From: Stegostoma tigrinum
Lineage: Eukaryota
Assembly (NCBI RefSeq): GCF_030684315.1
Contig: NC_081359.1
Span: 97,360,925-97,424,924, forward strand
Direction of reading: 5' to 3'
DNA: 64,000 bases
The notes below the pieces were generated by a model. That model searched no databases. It saw only the letters and a list, made by a program, of their open reading frames with translations, and was not told the origin of the DNA. This document shows positions 13,540 to 26,893 of the stretch, in pieces (position 1 is the stretch's first letter; every line of letters starts with the position of its first letter). The position numbers and the translations under genes were made by a program.

Positions 13540-14050
13540 AATTTCCTGTCTCATTCATCAGTTGCTGGGACCCACATTATGTCTTAGACACAGCTATCCC
13601 AATATTCCTCCAACCAGCCTGCATAAACTTGAGCTCATCCAAGCATCTCCTGCCTACATCCTAACTTACACCAAGTCTCATGTAATGGAGCTTGCTAACC
13701 TACATTGGTTCCTGGTTCCATAATGCTCAGTTTAAAGAATCTTATTCTAGTTATCAAATTATTTCAAGGTCTCAGCCCTCCCCATCTCAATAGCTACTTA
13801 TAGCCAAACAACCATTGTAAGATCTCTGTATTCCTTCAATTTTATCACTGTACCATTGGTAATTCTGTTTTCAACTGCTTAGGGCCAAAGGCTCTATGAA
13901 CCTTCACTAAGCCTCTGTCTCTTCCCCCTAAGATACTATTTAAAAGCTAGCCTCACCAGTCAAAACATTTCCTTCCATAGATTGTCACTTTGATTGAACT
14001 CGTGAGATGTGCCTTAGGGCAATTACTGTCTTAGAGTCACTATACAAATG
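13540..14050 (+). mobile_element. Degraded L2-type LINE 3' region
   Basis: cataaacttgagctcatccaa (HKLELIQ) ... acattggttcctggt (HWFLV), followed by an L2-like 3' end. Confidence 0.6.
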
Positions 14051-14116
14051 TTGTGGTTGTTCTGATTCCGATTCAGTACTTTTAATGTGATGTAAAATAG
14101 TCCAAAAACTGTTATG

Positions 14117-14249
14117 TCTCTCTGATGAAGGGTCTAGTCCTGAAACGTCAGCTTTTGTGCTCCTGAGATGCTGCTTGGCCTGCTGCGTTCATCCAGCTTC
14201 ACACTTTATTATCTTGGATTCTCCAGCATCTGCAGTTCCCATTATCACA
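14117..14249 (+). mobile_element. Solo PLE 3' terminus, family B, with minimal HHR
   Basis: Near-identical to 30016-30147: ctgatgaagggtctagtcctgaaacgtcagc...cagttcccattatc. Confidence 0.85.
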
Positions 14250-17200
14250 TATTATCTAAACTGATGTTTTTGCATTTTAAAAGCTTAGAGATGTCAACGT
14301 TTCACATCTAGAATGATGGGTGGTCTAGCAATCAGTTTTTCTTGCAGTACTTTACAATTGTTCAATTATTAAAAAGTCTAGTCCAGGCCAAACATTTTAG
14401 AAAGTTAGGAATGTGAATTGACAGCAGAGGCCATATCAGCTGCTTGTGCTGGAAATACCTGGTAACAAGATGCACCACATTTGAAATAAGCAACTGGCAA
14501 GTATAGAATTTTCAAAACGGGAGTTGATTAACAGAAGCATTTAACGAAGAAAATTAAATCAAAGTTGGAGATCTAGTATTCTATCAAGGTGGACATCATG
14601 TTGTGTACAAAAGAGACACAACATTTAAAAAGTACTAGTCCATAGCCCAGGCGATAAATGCTAAAATTATTCTGCATATGAAGTTTGAACCAGCACTGTT
14701 AGAAATTTCAACTGTGCAATGCTATAACAATGAGTTGAAAAGGGGAAACACTTGGGCAGTATTCCAGAATAAGATGCTGCACACAATTCAATCCATAAAA
14801 GTGTTCAAAATGGTCTATGACTAAGCTACAAGGAAATAAGTCTTGAAAGAATCAGTGCCTGGTGAGTCAGCCAATGGCTTATTCATTTCTATATGGAAAT
14901 ATAACGAAAGACCAACAAAAAAGGCTTGTACTGTGTTGTACTTATTTAAATAAAATCCTTCATTTAAGACTGAACTTTCAGGTGGCAATGAAAAAGTGAA
15001 GACCAATTTGTATGCTTTGTTTGATATTTTTTAAAAAGTCTGTAGTGGCACAGATTAACACAGTAATATTCTTACAATAGTTTAAAGATCAGCTGCTAAA
15101 TTCCTCTTACATCATAGCCTGTTTGAAAAAGAATGTAGCAGCATGGTGCTATTTAAAAGAAATACAAAAATTAGACATTAGTGCAAATTTTCTTCGAATC
15201 CGCCAAGGAAAGATTTTTGAAATCATGTAATGCAAGAATGATTTAATGAAGGTACCAGAGGAAGCTTGTTGAAAGAATCACTGTGCTATAGAAAGTTAAA
15301 ATCAATGAAAGAGGACCCTTCAGAAATGATGCATTTCCTAACATGCACATTGTTCCCTTCAACAATCATAACTCGCACAAATGGCTTCTTCGCACACTGA
15401 AAGAAAATGAACAGGCTCTAACAATTAAATATATTTTAATTACCAAGAGAACAGGAAAATCCACAAACTTATTGTAAACAATCATACTAATGTCCCAGCA
15501 TTGATCAAAACTAGGTTCTCACCCAGTGATACCATTTCCCTCACCACAGCCTCCAAGCCAGATTATTCTTCCCATCCTTTATCCTACTGAAGCAGCGTGT
15601 CATTCAATCTGAAGTCACTTCTTGGCCCCTTTATTTCAATGGCTCCTAATCATGTTTGACCCTCCTCATTTTAAATCATTTAGCACTCTCCTAGCTGTCT
15701 CTGGGGTATCTAATTTTTTGCTTTCCCTCAGCCTGCACACCAAGTGACTCCTTACCCAAGCCAATTCCAATCTTCACCTTCTCATGTCAAACTTTACCAC
15801 CCTCACAGACTCAGGCATTTCTCCCACCCCTATTTGTGGGCCATTCTCCCTTCCCTATTTGTGGTCCATTCCCTTGACCTCCCCAACACTCTTCAGATCA
15901 CTTGCTCATGTCCTTCCAGACAAAGCCCTCACTTATGCACCCTTAAGCGGTTTTTAAGTCGAAACTGCCCAGCTGTTGACCCTTCATTTGCCATAATGCA
16001 GTTGAAGCTGGAGTAGACATGTAGAATGGAAGCAATTTTAGTGAGATTAAACATACTACCAACTGGCTTAATCATTGTTACACCCTGACATTTCACACTT
16101 GTAACTTTGCTCAACCTTAATTGTTTTCCATTCCTGTCATTTCCCCCAGACAGACCACAGCTTTGTTCCTTTAAGGCAAAGGGACATACTTAAGTAGTTG
16201 CCACACAATTAGATTCATCATTTCATTGCCAGATACAAGTCAATGTCAGCTAGTGCAAATGGTCCAAACTGGTCCTCTGCAAAAACCACTGACTATTCTG
16301 TCATCACGCCTTGAGGCAAAGATAACCGTAGGGCTCTTTCCCCAAGTACCAAATGCCTCCTGGGACATTGTCATCAAAGCCTTAAGCATCACAATGCTTT
16401 TTCGTCGCCAGGCATCTTTCCATACTAAACCTGAATCACCACAGTTTCTTAAATTTCTTCAATTCCTACTTTCCAGCCCTTTTTTCCCCCAAGTTAGCGT
16501 TGCCATCGCAACCGACTCACTGCTCCCGCAACTACCTTCCATGAAATTAACAGTTATCCATCCTGCTTCCTAGGAGTTATGACAGGTATAAGTTTTTTCT
16601 TCACCTCAATAACTCTCCTTGCCTTTCAAATCCATTGTAACCATACTTCTGCAAACAAAAATCTGCACATTGACTTTCCATTGACATTCCATCTAACATC
16701 CCTTTCATTCCCCAGGTTCTTGAACATTGTCATTTTCCAGTTCTACTCTAACACACTGGTGAAATTCCACTGTTGAATTTTCATCTCTTTCAGTGCAGTC
16801 CAAAACAAAGTAATAAATTGCATCAGTCTAACCAGGGTACTTCTCTTCTCCCCAAATTTGGTACACCATTTTCCTCCAAAGCATCTCCTTTTAGCTAGTT
16901 CCACAACTTGGGACTGTCTGGGTTTATTTCTATTTTACCTTACTCAAGTAAAATTCCAGCAATTACTTATCCCTTCATCATCTCTCTCGACAATTCTCCT
17001 CATACTGTGCTGTCAAACTACTTGACATATCCCTGGATTTTAACTTTTCCCATTTGGAAGGCACAAGTAGTTGACTTTGGTCTTCATTTTAAATTCTGCT
17101 TTCCTGTAACTAATTCCATTGTTTCCTCAGTTAATACATCATAATGCACGAGAGTTTGTGCTGTAAGAGGTGTGTTTAACCCAGAGGCAAATCTCACCTC

Positions 17201-17859
17201 CATGCCTTCTCTCCTTTCATACTTTCACCTCTACTATCAGCCTGTCTGCAAATAAAGACAATGTCTCCATCAATGGAGCAACAGGAAGAGAAATGACTGT
17301 TGGAGACGATCTGGCTACATTCCCAAACACTACAAAAAGTAGTGCATCTAAGTAAATGCAGTCACACTGGACAAGGAGGGCTGCTGCAGTTAAATGGTAC
17401 AATCAACACTGAAAGTGCCCACTCAATGGAATCAGTACAGAAGACAGAACGACTTGAGAGTTCTGAGGGGTGAGTTACCACGCTAAAATAAGAAATTAGA
17501 TTAAAAGGTATGAAGATAGTTAGGCAATGGAAATGATTTTAAAAATTAATTCATAATTCATGACGATTAGATATAAAATACGATAAAGTGGTCTAGCGAT
17601 GGAAAAACAAAAGATTGTAGTTCACACATGTTTAAAAAGAAGCAATTTTTTTGCCATAAAGATTAGTGAGACAGAGGATCAGAGCAGTTTTAAAATACAA
17701 AGGGACAACAGGATAGGAGAGCAAATTAACTAGATGTAAAAACAGATGGTAAAAGCTGGAGTAGATACGTAAAATGGAAGCAATTTTAGTGAGATTAAAC
17801 ATGGGTTCCTATGAGATACAGGCTGGAGAAATGATGATGAGAAATATCAGTATTAATTT

Positions 17860-19415
17860 TGTGACAAGACAAAACATTCTGGAATTCACAGGCAACCATA
17901 AAGTCTGGAGCAAATGAAGAATTTAAAAGACATACGTAAAAAATTCTTCCTGGAGAAATTAAGGGATGAAAAGGACAAGAGGCTTGCATCCTAGGTTTTA
18001 AAAATGATGGCAACAAAGTTTTGATCTTATCCAATTCTATGATCCAGAATGATACCAGTGAAATGGAAGGAGAAAAACTACCAGCCCACTGTTCAAGAAA
18101 GCAGGGACAGAAAACAAGAACGAACGATAAGTCATTTAATGTCATCAGTTTCAGGGAAAATGCTCCAACCTATCAATGTTGGATAACAGGGAATTCACTT
18201 AGGGATTTGCTGTATGATTGCACAGCATCAATCCAGGTTTAAGGAAGGAAAGAAATATTTGCCAAATCTGCTGATGTTTCTTTTTAAGAAAACATGGTGA
18301 ATAATAGGGTGGATGAAGTTAAACTGGTGGATTTCCAAAAAACATTTGAAAAAGGTGCTGCATAAGAAGTTACTGCATAAAATTTAGGGTTCATGGGACA
18401 CGGGTAACGTACTAAGATTGGTCAATGGACAGAAAACAGAGTAGGAATATTAACTTGGCAGTACCTGTGGGGTATCGCAGAGTCAGATATGATTGTAATT
18501 AATAACTTAGATGATGGGTAAAAGGGGATTGATTATCCATGTTTGCTGATAATATACAAACAGGTAGGACAGTAAACAGAAGCGAATGTGTAAAGACTGC
18601 AAAAGAACCTATGCAAGTTTAGTTGAGCAGGTAAGAACATGACAGATACAATGCAGTGTGGAAAAAGGTAAGCTGGTAAGAAACTAGAAAAGCAGATTAA
18701 ATGCTGACAGGCTGGGATACATTGCTATTCAAAGGGGTTTCGGTTTCCATGTACACAAATAATAGTTAAGACACAGGTACAGCAAACAATTAGGAAAGAA
18801 ATATTTTGTCATCCATTGTTGCAGAAGTCTTGGAATAAAAGAATAAAGAAATGTTGCTGCACTTGTGTTGGGCCTGAGTGAAACCACAGCTGGTGCAATA
18901 TTCACAATAGGTTCCACATCTAAGGGAGGATATACTTGCCATAGAGGGAATGCAAGAAAGATTCACCAGAGAAATTCTTGGGATGAGAAAATTATCCTAT
19001 TAGAAGGGATGGAGCTACATTCCACATTTAGAAGAAAGATGATTGCATTTAAGCACTTTAAATTATTAAAGAGGTTTGACAGGATAGATGCTGTGAAGGT
19101 CTTCCCCTTAGTTTGGGAAGTTTAAAATTAAGGATTACAGTCACAACATAAGGCATTAGCATTTAGGACACAGATGTGAAAGAAATGCTTTGATTCAAAA
19201 AGGTTCCTGGGAATTCTTTGTTCTAAAGCAAAGTGAATGCTAATTTGTTGGTACACTTAAATAGATTGACACTTCTTATAAATACTAAAAAGGCATCAAA
19301 AAAGATATGGGGATAGTGTAGTAAGGTGCAGATGAAATAGAAAATTAGCCACAATTTTATTGAATGGCAGAGTAGGGTTAGGGCTCAAAAGAGTCAAACG
19401 GCCAAAGTGCTTCTA
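17860..19415 (+). mobile_element. Old degraded CR1 LINE
   Basis: Remnants such as gatttccaaaaa..tttgaa, atgtttgctgataat and LLKRFDRIDAVKVFPLVWE, plus a CR1 3' UTR. Confidence 0.7.
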
Positions 19416-19764
19416 ATTATGAGGCTGGGGGTATAAAGTGCATTAAAAAAGTTCCAGTTGTATCATGCTGTTTTAAGATCAGTGACAAGGATGTGCATAA
19501 GATTATACACAAAAATAAATGTTCAAAATTGCATTTAAGCACAGACACAGAAAGCACATGTCTTTTTATCCAAATGTTTCCATAATTCCTAAGGTGCACA
19601 CTTACCGCATGCGCACAACACAGCCCCACCTTTAAATCTGTTTCTTTCCAATTTTGATATGGACGGTCCTGTTCCTGAAAGTACAAATCGCTTCTTTGAA
19701 TTATAAACTGGTATTGAGGTAGCTTTTGGATGGCATCATTTATTATTCCTTGCACTTATGTATG

Positions 19765-19788
19765 TATATATATATATATATATATATA
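19765..19788. repeat. (TA)12 microsatellite
   Basis: Read directly. Confidence 0.95.
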
Positions 19789-21386
19789 GTAAGGGAAAGC
19801 GATGCTAATCCTCAAAAGGAGAATTGTTAATTCCAACAATCTCTACACACTAAAAAAAAACTTGTATCAAATGTAGTTAAAGATGAACAACTGGCAGTTT
19901 TGAAATTTCAATAAAGCCAGAAGATAACAAAAGCAAATTACTTTGAAAATTTTCTGTAAAAATTGGACAGCAGCATTTAAATTTAAGGAGTTATGACAAT
20001 ATTTAGAAAAGAGTCTAATTTTTGAAAAATTGTAACTTGATAGAGTAAGTCCTAAACAAATTACGTGATTGTTATAAGCTATATAAGCACCAATATTTAT
20101 AGTGTCCTAAATCCATCTTATGAAAAGGCGTATCTGTTTCCCAATCCAGATTGTGCAGCGAAATAAAATTAATCTAATAAAAACGGTTCAATTTTCAGAA
20201 TAATGGAGCCCACTTTGTGTCCAAACTGTCAGACGGAAAGAAAAAGATATTGCAAAGGCTAAGGCTAAAACAAAATAAAGCAAATTAAAAAATTAAGAAA
20301 ACTGAACACGGCAGGACGGTACATTTTTAACCTCACTAAATCCTAACTAAAATAAGAAATTGCACAGTATGATTGCAGATTTTGAACTTCACTTAGGTAT
20401 TTCCCACTTTTCCCGCAATTCCATTTTAAGCTTCACGAGATAGTTTGCACTCTGCCTACGGCACAAAGACTTCCACCAATGAAGCCACAAAGAAGAGTGA
20501 CTGTCACAATGTCGTAGTATCCCAAATCTGCCTTCTAGACTTCACCACAGCAACAAGCTAACAGTACTAACTCCTCAATGGCTCTCACCATCACATTTGC
20601 CATGTTTTGCTCTCCCACAATAATGTAACCCTAATGATAAATCCCATGTTTTTCATGGTTCTTTTTGTGTGGGCCCTAAAGGTTCCATTTATTGCCATAA
20701 GCTATTCTTAAAGCCAATCTAATGCCACTGTCAAGAATTACTTTTTAACGACTAACCAATAGCTATCTCTTATAGGTGGGTGAGTGGGTGAGGAGTTGAA
20801 AGTGCAATGGAAGTAGGTGGTTCCCTTTCGTGGGAAAGTGGCTCTCAGGTAATATGGACAATGTAGAAAAAGGTTTGAAATTACTTTGATGACAAAACAA
20901 GCAACAAAAAAGCAGGTTATAAACAATTGAGACAGTAAAAGGACAAATCTTTAATTAGACAACAAGATAAAACTGGACATGCTGTACAGTGCAGTTGATG
21001 CATGACAGATTAAAAATAAAACGGTATTAGGGCATGGGAGCGTAAAGGGATTACCTATCATGGAGCAGAGTTACCATGTGATATTTCTCTGTGGGATAAT
21101 TTTAAGATTCACTTTGAATTCAAAGATTAACTGCAGAATTTCAAGTTACTAGATGTTCATACAATAGTGGAAAACATTTAACTTAAGCTACTTTGATTGC
21201 CCTATTCTAACTGACCCAATCATACGATGTAAAATTTTACAACTTGCACGAAATTAAGCAATTACTTCAATGGTCTTCACTTGCATAACTCTCACCAATA
21301 TAGAGAAGTTATAGAAGACTATTTTAGTATGATCAAAACAGAATAAAAATTCAGATTTCATACACGAGCATTTACTTTTCACTGAC

Positions 21387-21578
21387 CTATTAGTCGCAGA
21401 ACTGTTTGCGTCAACGCAAGCAAACCAGAGTTTAACAAAAGGCTTAGACTGTTGGCTCCATGCTGAAGTGTCAGCATATTTATCATGATGAGTAGGAAGC
21501 GAGCTTGTGGAATGGTACCAAGACTTGGTGCTGAAGGATTCTCATTCGTTACAGTATGCAGAGAGACGGACTGCATGC
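21387..21578 (-). CDS. HERC2: HERC2 coding exon (192 nt)
   Basis: ttttag|(G)MQSVSLHTVTNENPSAPSLGTIPQARFLL...TQTVLRLI g|gtcagt. Confidence 0.95.
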
Positions 21579-22807
21579 CTAAAACGGTGATGTTTACAAT
21601 TAGTAATATTTCTTTCAAGCAATTTGCAATTAGTAATTAGTAATTCCTTTATCCCAAACTGAAACTAATCCTGCCTTCAAAAATGGTCAGGTCACTAGGA
21701 TCCATTGAAAATAATTAATTCTCTTGAAAGAACTAGGTGTAGAAGGTCTTAGGTTGCATTACAACAGTAACTTTTTCAGCTTACAAAACATTTACTGTGT
21801 AGGGACAATCAACAATTGCTTCAACTCATAAGAATGTGGAATCATTTTTTTTTGCTGTCTAAGGCTCCATGAATTTGCTCTGCCGTTGCCTTTTTTCTGC
21901 AAATTCTGAGATACTGCTGGGAAATGCAAGATTTGATATTTGAACTTACAGATAAAACATCTTGCAACAGATAAAATTTGTGTAGTGCACTGTAAATCAT
22001 ATTGCAACATGTGAATGCTGCAGTTTAGACAATGACTCGACAAGGTGCATCAAGATTTAACCTTGCGTTCACAAGTAAGTACGACTTACCTACCTGACTA
22101 TTACATTTTCAAACATATACATGACCAGGATTCCTTTTCTTCTGCCCTGACTGTTTTGAGGGTGGCATTGACTTAACAGCAATTGTGCCACAGTTCTGTT
22201 CTCCCCAACACAGGCATGCATACTGCCCTCATGTTCTGACTTGTTCTGTCTTTCTACAAATAAACTAGTTTCTGTCTTCATGTGTGATATGATACCTTGT
22301 TATTTCATAACAGCACTTTTTTCCTCTCTTCTATCTTTATTTTTGAAGTACTGAACTGTTCACCTGTTTTCGTTTTGAAAGCTTCAATTGATATATGAAA
22401 TCAGATTTCCAGAAAACATCATACCACTCTCAATTTTAGTTTTGAGTTCCACATCTCCCCTTCTTAACACACAAAATATAGAAATGCATATCACACTTAA
22501 AACTATACATGATTCTATCCCCATCAGAATCCAAGTTACTAACAATAACAAAACAAACAACATTCCATTATTAGCCAGTCATAGAAATTTCAATGAGATT
22601 TTAGTGCATTTAATAATTTATGGAACAGCATTAGGGAAATATTTCGTTTGGACAGTCAGTGCCGACACAGCATGTCGACCACTGTAACCATCTTCTGGTT
22701 CTGTGAATAGCATCATCGCTTTCACCAAAGCAACGATTAATGGTCCATACTACCGAACGTAACAATTCACAAGTACCTTACGTCAATCAAAAATACCATC
22801 ATCTTAC

Positions 22808-22959
22808 CTAGACCATCAAATCTACCTTGTGCATCCAATAGCATAGTTCGAATGTTCTGAATAGCCCAGGCATAAAGCTTTCCAAAAGTAACTTCCAGTA
22901 ACATACGGTTAAATGGCGGTATGAGATCCACATCCTTCAGGCAGTCTGAAACAGGTTCA
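22808..22959 (-). CDS. HERC2: HERC2 coding exon (152 nt)
   Basis: gtttag|(G)EPVSDCLKDVDLIPPFNRMLLEVTFGKLYAWAIQNIRTMLLDAQGRFDGL g|gtaaga. Confidence 0.95.
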
Positions 22960-23054
22960 CTAAACAGAGGATTTTCATTTCAGTATGAAGGCAGAACATG
23001 AGTTAAATCCAACACGGAAAAAAACTTTATCTTTTAAAAATCACTTTTTTTAAA

Positions 23055-23290
23055 AAATTCATTTTGTGGAATGTGGATGTCGTTGGCTGGTCAGCTTTTA
23101 TTGCCCATCCCTAGTTGACCTTGGGAACGTGGTGGTGAGCTGCCTTCTTGAATGGCTGCAATCCACCTCTGAGTTGACCCACAATGCCATTAGGGAGGGA
23201 ATTCCTGGATTTTGATCTATCTACAGTGAACGAATGGCGATATATTTTGAAGCCAGGATAGTGAGTGACTCAGAGGGAAAATTGAAGCCA
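23055..23290 (-). mobile_element. LINE/Deu-SINE-shared 3' tail fragment
   Basis: ttattgcccatccctagttg...ggtggtgagctgccttcttgaa is the reverse complement of the tail at 37075-37165. Confidence 0.65.
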
Positions 23291-23661
23291 ACACGCAGTC
23301 AAAAAAACCAACAGTCTGGATTCCGAGGTCAGCAGCAAAACAATGTCACTTGCCACTGACCTAGGGGAAAGCTGGATGCAGCAAATTCCGCAGCACAGAC
23401 TTCTCCTTACATTAAGTTAGTGACTAGCATCTCAAGAAATCCAGTAACCATGATGGGATCAAGCAGGATTGGCAATCACAATGAAGTATTCTTAAAGATC
23501 ACAAACATGGAATTACACACTATTAAATCTCTTCATATCAATTTTTTTTCCTCAAAAGCAGACATTGACATTAATGATCACAAATTACACAGAGGGCTGA
23601 AGTAGAAACCAAAACAGCATAATTTTCTTTTAAATCAAATGTGGAATTTCTTACCATAATG

Positions 23662-23887
23662 AAGTAAAGTTAAAGTTGCCATAGTCCTACCGGACCACAG
23701 GGCTGCTCTCATTAGTGAGACAGCAAGCGGTGGTAAAACCTGAAGGACACCACAACACAGACAAGGGAAGAGATCGAGACGGAGAGTCCTGCACAGTAAC
23801 CTCAACCTGTGTGAGAAGTGGAACTCACGGTGTTGGTGTTGCTCTGCTTTACAAACCAACTATTCAGCCAACCGAGCTAAACAACCC
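23662..23887 (-). mobile_element. tRNA-derived SINE
   Basis: Minus-strand head gggttgttTAGCTCGGTTGG (A box) ... GAGTTCCACTTC (degenerate B box), with an (actt)-like tail. Confidence 0.65.
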
Positions 23888-24281
23888 TCCATAAAGCCAT
23901 ATATTGGCCATTCACCAAACATCAAATTTTCGAGCTAAAGATGCTGTTTATCAACTTAGCATGCTGTTAAAAATTCAGTTATTCAACAAGGTACAACTTT
24001 GTCAAGGGTTTCCACACTTAACTAGAACATACAGGATCAAGACACTGCTGTCAGTCTCGGATGAGTAAACAATAGTGATCAATTTTGTCATCATTACCAG
24101 CCCAAAATCCATACAGTTCCGAAGAATGAGAAGTGAGCTTGCTGAAACCTAATGCAAGATACTGAGGGGACTTGACACAGTCGATGTAAAGATGTCCCTC
24201 CCTCACCGCCTCCACTAACAACACATCAAGATGAAACTAAAACTGGATGTGAGATTGCTCACTGAGCTGGAAGGTTAGTTT

Positions 24282-24321
24282 TCAGACGTTTCGTCACCAT
24301 TCTAGGTAACATCATCAGTGA
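24282..24321 (-). ncRNA. Minimal hammerhead ribozyme motif, family A (sense to HERC2)
   Basis: Reverse complement of 26854-26893. Confidence 0.8.
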
Positions 24322-26853
24322 GCCTCCGATGAAGCACTGGTGTTATGTCCCGCTTCCTATTTATCTGTTTAGGTTTCCGTGGGTTGGTGATTTCATTTCC
24401 TGTTCCTTTTCTCAGAGGATGGTAGTGTGATTTGGAGCAAATGTGTTTGTTGATGGAGTTTCGGTTGGAATGCCATGCTTCTAGGAATTCTCGTGAGTCT
24501 CTCTGTTTGGCTTGTCCTAGGATGGATGTGTTGTCCCAATCAAAGTGGTGTCCTTCCTCATCTGTATGTAAGGATACTAGTGATAGTGGGTCATGTCGTT
24601 TTGTGGCTAGTTGATGTTCATGTATCCTGGTGGCTAGCTTTCTGCCTGTTTGTCCAATGTAGTGTTTGTCACAGTTCTTGCAAGGTATTTTGTAGATAAC
24701 GTTCGTTTTGCTTGTTGTCTGTATAGGGTCTTTTAAGTTCGTTAGCTGCTGTTTTAGTGCATGGGTGAGTTTTTGGGCTACCCTGATGCCAAGTGGTCCG
24801 AGTAGTCTGGCAGTCATTTCGGAAATGTCTTTGATGTAGGGGAGGGTGGTTCTGGTTTCTGGACCCGTTTTGTCTGTTTCTTTTGGTTTGTTGCTGAGAA
24901 ATTGGCGACTGTGTTCATTGGGTACCCGTTCTTTTTGAATACGCTGTATGGGTGATTTTCCTCTGCTCTGCGTAGTTCCTCTGTGCTGCAGTGTGTGGTG
25001 GCTCGTTGGAATAATGTTCTAATGCAGCTTCGTTTGTGGGTGTTGGGATGGTTGTTCCTGTAGTTCAGTATTTGGTCCGTATGTGTTGTTTTCCTGTAGA
25101 CGCTGGTTTGAAGTTCCCCATTGACTGTTCGCTCTGCAGTGACATCTAGGAATGGCAGTTTATTGTTGTTTTCCTCCTCTTTTGTGAATGTTATGCCAGT
25201 AAGGGTATTATTGATGGTCTTGAAGGTTTCCTCTAATTTGTTTTGTTTAGTGATGACAAAAAGGTGTCATCCACATAGTCTCGGCATTACTGCTTCTGCT
25301 AAGAACCCTGATATCGGAGACCCCATGGGTGTACTGTTGGTTTGTCTGTAGGTTTTGTTATTGAAAGTGAAGTGGGTGGTGAGGCATAGGTCCACTAGCT
25401 TGATGATGTTGTCCTTGCTGATGAGGTTGGTGGTGTCTGGTGTGTGTGTCTTTGGTTCTTCTAATAGTGTAGTCAGTGTTTCTTTGGCCAGGTTGATGTT
25501 GATGGACGTGAACAGGGCTGTTACGTCAAAGGAAACCATTATTTCATCCTCTTCTATCTTGGCATCTTTGGTGTTCGGGAATTCTTGGGTGGAGTGAATG
25601 GAGAGGCGTGAGACTTCTACTAGGTGTTTTAGTCTTTGGTATATTTCCTTGGATAATCTGTAGGTTGGTGTTCCAGGTAGCGAGACTATGGGTATGAGGG
25701 GGTGCTCCTGGTTTGTGAATTTTTGGTAGTCCGTAGAAGTGTGGTGTGTTGGATCCATCTGTTTTCATTTTTTGGAACTCTCTCGTTTAATTCTCCAGAC
25801 ATTTGAAGTTTTGAAGCAGTAATGCAGAGACTCAAACAAACAGCTCTGCCAATCATCCATCCCAAACTTTGGGTCCGCTATGTGGATGACACCTTTGTCA
25901 TCACTAAACAAAACAAATTAGAGGAAACCTTCAAGACCATCAATAATACCCTTTACTGGCATAACATTCACAAAAGAGGAGGAAAACAACAATAAACTGC
26001 CATTCCTAGATGTCACTGCAGAGCGAACAGTCAATGGGGAACTTCAAACCAGCGTCTACAGGAAAACAACACATACGGACCAAATACTGAACTACAGGAG
26101 CAACCATCCCAACACCCACAAACGAAGCTGTATTAGAACATTATTCCAACGAGCCACCACACACTGCAGCACAGAGGAACTACGCAGAGCAGAGGAAAAT
26201 CACCTATACAGCGTATTCAAAAAGAATGGGTACCCTATGAACACAGTCCGCCGATTTCTCAGCAACAAACCCAAACAAACAGAAAAAACAGGCCCAGAAA
26301 CCAGAACCACCCTCCCCTACATCAAAGACATTTCCGAAATGACTGCCAGACTACTCGGACCACTTGGCATCAGGGTAGCCCAAAAACCCACCCACGCACT
26401 AAAACAGCAGCTCACGAACTTAAAAGACCCTATACAGACAACAAGCAAAACGAACGTTATCTACAAAATACCTTGCAAGAATTGTGACAAACACTACATT
26501 GGACAAACAGGCAGAAAGCTAGCCACCAGGATACATGAACATCAACTAGGCACAAAACGACATGACCCACTATCACTAGTATCCTTACATACAGATGAGG
26601 AAGGACACCACTTTGATTGGGACAACACATCCATCCTAGGACAAGCCAAACAGCCACACACGAGAATTCCTAGACGCATGGCATTCCAACCGAAACTCCA
26701 TCAACAAACACATTTGCTCCAAATCACACTACCATCCTCTGAGAAAAGGAACAGGAAATGAAATCACCAATGCAGGAAATGGCATCACCAACCCAAGGAA
26801 ACCTAAACAGATAAATAGGAAGCGGGACATAACACCAGTGCTTCAGCGGAGGC

Positions 26854-26893
26854 TCACTGATGATGTTACCTAGAATGGTGACGAAACGTCTGA
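26854..26893 (+). ncRNA. Minimal type-I hammerhead ribozyme motif, family A
   Basis: tca-CTGATGA-t-GTTACC-tagaat-GGTGAC-GAAA-cg-TC-tga: intact core, 6-bp stem II, palindromic ACGU stem III, 3-bp stem I. Confidence 0.8.

Noticed and set aside
22085-22281. Strong donor-like site (cag|gtaggtaag) ending a 63-aa minus-strand ORF; possible extra HERC2 exon
   Set aside because: The flanking exons already join in frame as in other vertebrates, and the peptide shows no recognisable similarity.
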